The notes below the pieces were generated by a model. That model was given only the letters and a program-made list of their open reading frames with translations. It was not told the DNA's origin and searched no databases. Positions 48,325-56,343 of a DNA stretch of 64,000 nt are shown one piece after another; the stretch's first letter is position 1; every line of letters starts with the position of its first letter. The DNA is from a virus. A program made the translations under genes and the position numbers. The DNA lies in IMG/VR virus record IMGVR_UViG_3300020185_004577, positions 19,145 through 83,144 of that record; one strand, given 5' to 3'.

Positions 48325-48807
48325 ATGAAAGAGAATAAGCTAATTTTAGGCTTTGGTAGCGTGAAAGAGCTGATGGATTCTGCTCTTGGATTAAAAAACT
48401 CATTTGTAAACTTCATACTTGCTGGGTGTACAGCTTTAACATCATTTATAACACAATACATATGGGATGACGCTTCTGCAGTATACTTTATGTTATTTTT
48501 AATTTTAATAGATGCAGGTACTGGTGTTTGGAAATCAATCATACGTAGAAGCTTTAGTAGTAGTAAGTTACCTAGAGTTTTTGTTATTTCAATAATATAC
48601 GTTTTAATGCTTGCAATAAGTTGGAATGCCGCAAAGCATTCAGACTTATTTGTGTGGCTACCAGGCATGGTTTATGGAGGACTAATAGGAACTCCATTAG
48701 TTTCTATATATGAAAACTTTGCAGAGTTAGGATATGTACCTAAAGGTCTTATTTATGATATTAAAGAAAAAATAAAAAATTACTTTAATAAAAAATATAA
48801 AAACTAA
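48325..48807 (+). CDS. Phage holin (holin family 4-like)
   Basis: Hydrophobic segments, LIDAGTGVWKS...SSSKL and LVSIYENFAELG; late box at 48284-48291. Confidence 0.82.
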   Translation: MKENKLILGFGSVKELMDSALGLKNSFVNFILAGCTALTSFITQYIWDDASAVYFMLFLILIDAGTGVWKSIIRRSFSSSKLPRVFVISIIYVLMLAISWNAAKHSDLFVWLPGMVYGGLIGTPLVSIYENFAELGYVPKGLIYDIKEKIKNYFNKKYKN

Positions 48808-51800
48808 TATACTCTTCTGAATTGACATCCATCTTGAAATTTTAACCAGTTTCTATCTTTAGAAAACTTGGTCAAATATATACCCCCTTTTTCTACTAAA
48901 TCTTTTATTCTGTCATAAGCATCCGACCAAACTACCATTTTTACAGAAGTGCCCCCATCGCTAAGTTCAAGTGACCAATATTTTTTATTATTTTTAGAAA
49001 TTTTTTCTAAAACGTCTTTTATTACAAAATAATAATATTTATTTGGGTTGTCAAAAGAAGTTACTGCTTCAATAGTAAAATCGTACTCTTCTTTAAATTG
49101 TTGTTTTATTTTAGATATTTTATTAAACAGTTGTAAGTCCAAAATACAAACATCCATAAAATCCTTATACTTTACATCCTTAGGGGTTGGCTCAAACTTT
49201 TCCTTAAGACTTTCTTCTATAATGTCAAATCTATTTTGTCCAAACAAATCCATTTGCATAGTATTACTTTTTATTTTGAACTTACGAAATTCCATCAACT
49301 CGTCTCTAGAGTCTGACCAATCGTCAAAAACTCCAGCCTTTAAACATGCTTCAAAATTTGCCTTATTAAATTTAGAAAACTTATGCATAAAAAATTTATC
49401 CTTACCCACATTGGCAATGTCTACCTTTTGTAACTCCTCATAAGCAATCTCTCCCATTCCATTTATACTAGAGAAGCCCATTAAAATAGTTTCTTCGTCT
49501 AACATGCCCCACTCCCAGCTTGACTTCCTATTAGGAGGTAAAACCTTAATCCCTTTAGTGAATGCACCCATTATAGCAGAAGACAACCATGATTCATCAT
49601 CTTTAGCATGATTGAGCAATGCGGTATAAAATTCTGTAGGATAGTACCTTTTCATGAATAATGTTTGCATAGCCACATAACTATAACTTACTGAATGTGA
49701 GCGATTAAAAGAGTATCCTAAATACTTTACCAACCACTCTTCTATATCTTTGACTTCATTTTCTTTAAGACCTTTTTCCTTACATCCTGACTTGAACTTT
49801 TCCCAAAGCACTAAATATTCCTTATAATTCTTGTTGTTATATTCTTTTTCTTCTAACACATCTCCAGATAAGTTTTTCTTTATGATTTTAGAAGCTTTAT
49901 CCATTACCTTTCTTAAATTATCGCCTTCTCCCAAAGTCATTCCAGCCAACTCATGTGCTATAAACATTAATTGCTCTTGAAATATAAGTACACCATTAGT
50001 GTTTCTAAGTAAAGGTTCTAGAGAAGGATGTACTAAACTTATCTCTTCTGGATTTTTCTTATTTCTAATATATTCTTCATGAGCACCCACACCCATAGGG
50101 CCAGGTCTATATAGAGCATTTGCGGCAACCATTTCCTCAAAGCTTTCTATATGCATTCTCTTTATAAGTTTGGACATACCATCAGATTCAAACTGAAATA
50201 CACCCTGATTGTTTCCGCTTCTAATTTCTTCGAATAAATCTGAATTATCTAAATCAACATATTTTACCTGCTCAGAAACATCTATGCCCCTATTTTCTTT
50301 AACTAACTTTATGGCCTCTTTAAGTATGTTTAGTGTGGTTAAGTTCAATCTGTCCAACTTTAATATTCCTAAATCAGACAAATCTTTACCACTGCCAGAT
50401 TCTTGAAAACCAGAAACAGTTACTCCTTTTACCATATTTACAGGCATATACTCCCAAACAGGACCAGGTGTTATAACTATACCAGCCGCATGTTTACCTA
50501 GGTTCCTAACTTGACCTTGTAGTGTTAGGGTTGTCTCTATTGTCTTTTTATTATTGGGATTTTCTATCCATTTTTTAACTAAATCAGATGCTTCTGGTGT
50601 GTTTGGGTGCTGTTCTAGCCAATCTTTTAAATCACCATCATATTTCATAAACATTTTAGGCATCTCTTTTGTAACAGCGAATATTTCAGAATCAAAACCA
50701 GCATCTCCTCCAAAAGCTTTAACAACATCTTTTATACATCCTTTCTCATTAAATGTGGAAAATGTTATAACTGGGAAAACGCATTCCTTTCCATATTTGT
50801 TATACAAAAACTCATCAGTCTTTACATCTGAACCAGTCTCAAAGTCTATGTCAATATCGGGAGGCGAGTTTCTGGCTGGGTTCAAGAATCTCTCAAAATA
50901 TAAATCAAATCTTAATGGGTCAATTTTAGTTATGTCTAAACACCAAGATAAAAGACTTCCTGCAGCACTACCTCTGCCTGGGCCAACTTCTATATCATTG
51001 TCAGCACAAAATCTTATCAACTCCCAAACCACAAGAAAATAATCTAACATTTTCTTTTCTTTTATGACGCCTAATTCATAGTCTAACCTCTCTCTATATT
51101 GAACCACTTTGTCATCATCTATTTCAATTGGCCCACGCTTCCTATATATGTTAAGCTTTTGATTGAGCTTAGCATGTGACAATCTTCTTATAATCTCTTC
51201 TCCATCATTGGTCTTAAAAAAATCGTAAACATCTTTTGTGGGCTTATAATTAGGATATTTCTCTACGTCTGTTTCAAATTCAAAATTACATATAGAAGCA
51301 ATTTTTTCACTTGTAATCATACACATTTTCAAAAATTCTTCACTATAATTAAACTCATAATCTTTATTAATTTCTAATAGCTGTACTTCGTCAACATAGT
51401 ACATATCTCTACTATCTTTAGTTCTAGCTTTTTTTATAGACCTTTTTTGGTTTATTGAAATCAAAACATCTTGAAGTACTTTGTCTTTTTTTTCTGGGTA
51501 ATATATATCATTAGAAACTATTATGGCCATGCTATACTTGTCAGACATGTTTATTATAAAATCATTATAATTCCTTTGTATTTCATTGTCTTCTAAAGAT
51601 ATTTCAGCTATATAAGATTTTTTACCAAATACATTTAACATGTTTACTAAATAATCTTCCGCCTCTTTGTATTTGCCCATTTGTAAATACTTTGATATAG
51701 TTCCATTTTTAGATGATGTTGTCAATATTAGACCCTCTTTATTCTCTAGAATCCATGAAGTTTTTATTCTAGGAACTCTATAAAAACCTTCTGCAAATGA

Positions 51801-52787
51801 TAAGTAATTTATTTTGTTAATATTAACAAAACCTTCTTTGTTTGTGACAATTATTTTTTGAAGAACATTTTTGTCTTGTTGCTTAGGCTCATAATCACCA
51901 CCTATACTATCATTTAAATGAAATTCACAACCTATTATTGGTTTTATATCTTTTGATTTACATTTTTGATAAAAAGAAAAAGCACCAGACAAGCTACCCT
52001 TATCTGTTAAAACTAAAGATTTATGATTGTATTTTTTGGCTAAATTAATGTAGTCAGAAGTAGAACCAGCACCCTCTAAAACAGAGTGATAAGTATGAAC
52101 CCCAAAATTAACCATAGAAAAATCTTTATCAAATTCTCCATTTTTCATTTTCCACTTATGAATCATGTTTTTTTCAGAATTTTCTGAAAAAATATAATTT
52201 CTAAAATCTTCACCAAAACCTAATGCACCAATTCTTCTAAGTTCAAAGAAACATCTAGCTAGAGCTTCCACATCAACTAAAGCGTCATGTGCGTCTTCGA
52301 ATGTTTTGTTAAAAAGCTTTTTGTGTAACTCGGTAAGAGTTGGAGGCTTTAACCCCATCTTACCTTGTATTCTGCAAAAATCTATAGTAGAATTCATAGT
52401 ACAAACATTAACTATGTCTCTCATTGAGTTTTTCATTTTTAATCTAAAAAACTCAGAGGCCGTGACTTTATTGTCAAAGCTGATGTTGTGAGCAACTATA
52501 AAGCTAGAATTTTCTATATCTTTAGAAAAAGCCTGCAAAACCTCTCTTATAGGCTGTCCTTCCCTATTGGCTCTATCGTTAGTTATCCTATGAATTCTAA
52601 TACTTTCATCAGGTATAACAAAACCATCTGGTTTTACTATCCTATTATTAGAGCCTATAACCTTTCCATTTATGTCATAAACCTTCCATGCTAACTGCAC
52701 TATCCTAGGCCAGTTGTCAGTGTCGCTAATAGGTGCACTAAAATCTTCAGGCAACCCAGTTGTTTCTGTGTCAAATACTATAAACAT
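48804..52787 (-). CDS. dnaE: DNA polymerase III alpha subunit with N-terminal DEDDh exonuclease
   Basis: N-term VFDTETTG/AHNISFD/HDALVD; PHP domain; GRGSAAGSL, PPDIDIDF, KHAAG, GVFQFES and YSFNRSH. Start set at the ATG at 52787 because the track's TTG start lies inside the -7 promoter box. Confidence 0.95.
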   Translation of the reverse strand: MFIVFDTETTGLPEDFSAPISDTDNWPRIVQLAWKVYDINGKVIGSNNRIVKPDGFVIPDESIRIHRITNDRANREGQPIREVLQAFSKDIENSSFIVAHNISFDNKVTASEFFRLKMKNSMRDIVNVCTMNSTIDFCRIQGKMGLKPPTLTELHKKLFNKTFEDAHDALVDVEALARCFFELRRIGALGFGEDFRNYIFSENSEKNMIHKWKMKNGEFDKDFSMVNFGVHTYHSVLEGAGSTSDYINLAKKYNHKSLVLTDKGSLSGAFSFYQKCKSKDIKPIIGCEFHLNDSIGGDYEPKQQDKNVLQKIIVTNKEGFVNINKINYLSFAEGFYRVPRIKTSWILENKEGLILTTSSKNGTISKYLQMGKYKEAEDYLVNMLNVFGKKSYIAEISLEDNEIQRNYNDFIINMSDKYSMAIIVSNDIYYPEKKDKVLQDVLISINQKRSIKKARTKDSRDMYYVDEVQLLEINKDYEFNYSEEFLKMCMITSEKIASICNFEFETDVEKYPNYKPTKDVYDFFKTNDGEEIIRRLSHAKLNQKLNIYRKRGPIEIDDDKVVQYRERLDYELGVIKEKKMLDYFLVVWELIRFCADNDIEVGPGRGSAAGSLLSWCLDITKIDPLRFDLYFERFLNPARNSPPDIDIDFETGSDVKTDEFLYNKYGKECVFPVITFSTFNEKGCIKDVVKAFGGDAGFDSEIFAVTKEMPKMFMKYDGDLKDWLEQHPNTPEASDLVKKWIENPNNKKTIETTLTLQGQVRNLGKHAAGIVITPGPVWEYMPVNMVKGVTVSGFQESGSGKDLSDLGILKLDRLNLTTLNILKEAIKLVKENRGIDVSEQVKYVDLDNSDLFEEIRSGNNQGVFQFESDGMSKLIKRMHIESFEEMVAANALYRPGPMGVGAHEEYIRNKKNPEEISLVHPSLEPLLRNTNGVLIFQEQLMFIAHELAGMTLGEGDNLRKVMDKASKIIKKNLSGDVLEEKEYNNKNYKEYLVLWEKFKSGCKEKGLKENEVKDIEEWLVKYLGYSFNRSHSVSYSYVAMQTLFMKRYYPTEFYTALLNHAKDDESWLSSAIMGAFTKGIKVLPPNRKSSWEWGMLDEETILMGFSSINGMGEIAYEELQKVDIANVGKDKFFMHKFSKFNKANFEACLKAGVFDDWSDSRDELMEFRKFKIKSNTMQMDLFGQNRFDIIEESLKEKFEPTPKDVKYKDFMDVCILDLQLFNKISKIKQQFKEEYDFTIEAVTSFDNPNKYYYFVIKDVLEKISKNNKKYWSLELSDGGTSVKMVVWSDAYDRIKDLVEKGGIYLTKFSKDRNWLKFQDGCQFRRVY

Positions 52788-52793
52788 ATGATA

Positions 52794-52824
52794 CAAATAT
52801 AATAATTATAATTTTTCAGTACAA
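52794..52824 (-). promoter_or_regulatory. Bacteroidota-type promoter of dnaE
   Basis: TTG-N20-TATATTTG. Confidence 0.68.
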
Positions 52825-52846
52825 TTTTTTTGTAATATTTATTATT

Positions 52847-53455
52847 ATGAACTTAATATCTAAAAAAGAATTTAAAAAATTAAGCACAGAAGAGCAAAAA
52901 AAATTTTTAGAATACCTAATATATTTAAAAGGTGGAGTAGATGAATATTTTTTTAAGCAAATGAGCAAAAGTCAGCAACAAGACTACATAGAAAATAGAA
53001 TCAAAAGTGCTGATTGGTTAGACGATTATGAATTCACCATTATGTCTAATGACCAAAAACAAAGATATATATACAGAAAGAGATTTTTAACTAATAATGA
53101 ATTTTTAAAACTAAACGATACCCTACAAGAATATTATTTACAAATGGCATCTTATATTAAATTACAATTAAGTGATAATGAGTTTAATATATTAAGTCCA
53201 AAAATGAAAAAAATATATTGTAATTTTACATTTGAATTCCCTTTAGTTTTAGATGTAGAAAAAGTTGATTATTTGAGCAAAAAAAATCAAAAAAGATATG
53301 TTCAAAAACAAATAGAAAGAGGAATCTCTTTTTCGAAAAAACAATACAACACACTTCCTGTTGACGCCAAAAAAGAATATGATAAACTAAAAAACTCTAA
53401 CTTGAATGAAGCTAGAGTTTTTGTTAGAAAAATCATAAAAGAGTTCTTAAACTAA
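52847..53455 (+). CDS. Hypothetical late protein with short helical repeats
   Basis: About 7 copies of EFxxLSxxxQxxYI; C-term LNEARVFVRKIIKEFLN; late box TATTTATT at 52836-52843. Confidence 0.7.
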   Translation: MNLISKKEFKKLSTEEQKKFLEYLIYLKGGVDEYFFKQMSKSQQQDYIENRIKSADWLDDYEFTIMSNDQKQRYIYRKRFLTNNEFLKLNDTLQEYYLQMASYIKLQLSDNEFNILSPKMKKIYCNFTFEFPLVLDVEKVDYLSKKNQKRYVQKQIERGISFSKKQYNTLPVDAKKEYDKLKNSNLNEARVFVRKIIKEFLN

Positions 53456-53751
53456 GAGTAATCACTTTGGTTATCTTGTCTTTGTTTCAGTATACTAGAC
53501 CTAAGTTCTACGCAAAGTTTTCTTATTTCATTTAAATCATTTCTCGCATCTATTGAGGCGTCAACAGTACCTTTAAACATGAACTTGTAAAGTCTGGGCT
53601 CTGTTTTTTCAATTAAAAACTTTATTTTTTGAAAAATTTCATCAATATTATACTCATCATCTTCAATGCTTTTATTAATTGAAGAATTTGAACCAGTCTT
53701 CAAACCCAGTCTTTTATCTCTTATTTGCTTTTTTAAATCATCGTAACTCAT
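53452..53751 (-). CDS. Small helical protein, Bacteroidota histone-H1-like (Hc1) family-like
   Basis: KF..KGTVDASIDARNDLNEIRKL..ELR resembles KF..KGNKAAGTRARK (recalled pattern). Confidence 0.45.
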   Translation of the reverse strand: MSYDDLKKQIRDKRLGLKTGSNSSINKSIEDDEYNIDEIFQKIKFLIEKTEPRLYKFMFKGTVDASIDARNDLNEIRKLCVELRSSILKQRQDNQSDYS

Positions 53752-53768
53752 AAAATATTTTTTAATAA

Positions 53769-55598
53769 TTAATCATTAGAACCAACACTATTTCCTTCAT
53801 TAAGCAAGTCGTTTCCATCACTATCTAAACCTGTTTGTTCATTTATATTATTTAATTTAGCAGTTATTGAATCCATTAATGTCTTTGTTTTTGTATTCAA
53901 ACTTTTATTTTTTTTATTTAAAATATCTGACTTATCAACATCACTAACAGCATCATCTATAGCATCAACTCTTATGACATTATTTTCTTGCTCTAAAAAT
54001 AAAAAATTCTCCTCCAATGGCTCATCACCAGCGGGCTCGTCCACCTCAGGTTCAGAGCCAGACATGTCGTCACCAGTATCGGTGGATGATGGTGCTGATG
54101 CGCCTTCACCATCTGGTGATTCTTTAAATTTGTCATCTATATCAGAAAAAATACCAGTTTGCATATATTCCTCTGGTGCCGTCTCTATTTCAGAGAACAT
54201 TTTTTTCTCTACTTTTTTCTGTCTTAATATTTGTTTTATTTCCGCTTTAGAGAATCCCATAACAAACTCCATTGCCCAAGTATAAGAAACTGGTGATGTA
54301 GGCTCTGCTGTATACATTTCCTTAAAAACTTCAAGCCTTGCTTTCATTGTCTCCAATTTTAAAAGCTCTTGCTGAGTTGATGGATTTGTTAACTTTAAGT
54401 CAAAATTATCCATGTCATCTTCAAAGCCTAACAAAAACAAATGAACGTTTGCAATTCTTCTAAGCTCAATTATAACATTTTCTTGTATTCTGTTTATAGT
54501 TCTACTAAACCTTAAATCAGCTTGAGATAAGGCTGAACCACCAGGCATTGATTCTGCATAATTAAGGTAAGGCTTAGGAACTTTTAATGCTGCAAAAAGC
54601 TTATTTTGTAAATATTCAACATCTTGTATTTCTCCCAAATTTGAAGCACCAGGTAAAGTTTCTATCCTAGAAGATTTGTCTCCTCTAATGGGTAAAAAAT
54701 AATCCTCCTCCATAGTTAAAGGATTATACTTTAAATTCATTTGTCCTGTCTTCTGGTCTACAATAGGAGATTTTTTTAACTCTCTTTTAATTCTCTCAAC
54801 ATATTGTTGCACGTCAGCAGACTCTAAATTACCAACCTCAATATAGTGAACCCTTCTTTCTGGAGCTCTAATAATTCTATAAACTAACATAGCATCTTCT
54901 GCCAACTGAAGTTGTTTCCACAATTTTCTAGCTGGGTCTAACACACTCCTTCCGTATGGTAATTTGGTACCATCAGAAACTAATCTAAAATGAGCTATTT
55001 GAAACTCTTCGAAATACATATTATTAATATCCCACTTAAATCTAGAAGAGTTTACATTACCGTCAAAAGCTTCTTCTCTATGAATTTCTGCAACTGGCAA
55101 CATTCTGACATCATAAATACCTTCTTGTTGGTCTATTTCCAACTTAGCAAAAGCGTCTCCAAACTTAATCATCTCTCTAATCCAAAATGTTAAGTTATAT
55201 TCTATGTTTAATCTGCCGTGAAACAAATCTTTTAATACTGTTTTTATTCTATCATTTTCTGAATATATTGACAATATATCACCCCTCTCGTCTCTGGTTA
55301 CAGTTTCATCAGTTATAATATCTAATGCGGCAGACACCTCTGGAGACATGTCCATTGCTCTGTAGTCATTATATGCGCCAAGTCTGTCCGTGTCGTAATA
55401 TACACTTCTAGAGTATATATCTTGAGCAATCTTTTGAGACTGAACGTCCAAAAAGTCTTGTTGCCTTTGTTGTACTGGTGTTGACTGTGGACTAGAAATG
55501 TTTCCAGAAATAACTTGCTTCTCTTGAGGCAATGGTCTGGAGGTTCTTCCTCTCTTCAATCTATCCAGTAGATTTATAAATACACTTTCTTCTGCCAT
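53769..55598 (-). CDS. Portal protein, T4 gp20-like
   Basis: PEVSAALDII, LAEDAMLVYRIIRAPERRV, EEDYFLP.RG, IETLPGASNLGEIQDVEY and ALKVPK. Confidence 0.95.
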   Translation of the reverse strand: MAEESVFINLLDRLKRGRTSRPLPQEKQVISGNISSPQSTPVQQRQQDFLDVQSQKIAQDIYSRSVYYDTDRLGAYNDYRAMDMSPEVSAALDIITDETVTRDERGDILSIYSENDRIKTVLKDLFHGRLNIEYNLTFWIREMIKFGDAFAKLEIDQQEGIYDVRMLPVAEIHREEAFDGNVNSSRFKWDINNMYFEEFQIAHFRLVSDGTKLPYGRSVLDPARKLWKQLQLAEDAMLVYRIIRAPERRVHYIEVGNLESADVQQYVERIKRELKKSPIVDQKTGQMNLKYNPLTMEEDYFLPIRGDKSSRIETLPGASNLGEIQDVEYLQNKLFAALKVPKPYLNYAESMPGGSALSQADLRFSRTINRIQENVIIELRRIANVHLFLLGFEDDMDNFDLKLTNPSTQQELLKLETMKARLEVFKEMYTAEPTSPVSYTWAMEFVMGFSKAEIKQILRQKKVEKKMFSEIETAPEEYMQTGIFSDIDDKFKESPDGEGASAPSSTDTGDDMSGSEPEVDEPAGDEPLEENFLFLEQENNVIRVDAIDDAVSDVDKSDILNKKNKSLNTKTKTLMDSITAKLNNINEQTGLDSDGNDLLNEGNSVGSND

Positions 55599-55607
55599 GT
55601 TTTTTTA

Positions 55608-56303
55608 TTAATAAATATTAAGTTTTTCTTTTTTAAGCTCTGTAGAAGGTTTTTTATAACACCTTAAACTAACCGAATGAGGTATTCGACCATTAACTGT
55701 ACTTACATTTAGAGCATCTTTTTTTTCTATAAGTAAATCTTTTTTATAAAATTCTAAAGCATTATTTAATTTAAAGTGAAAATTTTCAAAATTTAAATCA
55801 CTTATTCCTCCAAGTGAAGATATACATATTAACTTTCCTTTGCTTGTTAATGCTTGTGATGCATAAGTCAATATATGTTCTAAATTTTTATGATAAGCAG
55901 CTTCATCTATAATGATAACATCAAACTTAGCCCCTCTTAACTTGTAGTAATCTTGTATAACCTTAAAATAAGCACCTTCTAAATACAAATCTTTTCTATT
56001 AACTCTTAAATTATTTTCATAATAACCTCTCAATAAAAATCCTAATTTTTTTAAAAAATTTTCTGAAGTATCGCTATCAAAACTAAAATAAGCTATACTT
56101 TTTTTATCATTTGAAAGTTTCATTAATGAAGCTACATAATACAAAATAACAGTAGTTATGCCTGCCTGTCTTGGTTTAATTACAGAAACTACATCACTAT
56201 TTATAATCGCATTTAGAATTGATTTTTGATTTAAATCAAAAACAGACTTTAAGTGATTTTTCTGACTCAAACAATCTTTTATTTTATTTAATATACTTGT
56301 CAT
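55608..56303 (-). CDS. Truncated terminase-ATPase paralogue (no nuclease domain)
   Basis: IKPRQAGITT (compare LKSRQMGLS in TerL), LRG, IIIDEAAY and ICISS; only 231 aa. Confidence 0.78.
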   Translation of the reverse strand: MTSILNKIKDCLSQKNHLKSVFDLNQKSILNAIINSDVVSVIKPRQAGITTVILYYVASLMKLSNDKKSIAYFSFDSDTSENFLKKLGFLLRGYYENNLRVNRKDLYLEGAYFKVIQDYYKLRGAKFDVIIIDEAAYHKNLEHILTYASQALTSKGKLICISSLGGISDLNFENFHFKLNNALEFYKKDLLIEKKDALNVSTVNGRIPHSVSLRCYKKPSTELKKEKLNIY

Positions 56304-56343
56304 TTTATGACAATAAAAGACTTTTTTTAAAAAAGTAAATAGA

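Noticed and set aside
48276-48668. 130-aa minus-strand ORF
   Set aside because: It is the antisense shadow of the holin gene, which has family motifs and a late box.
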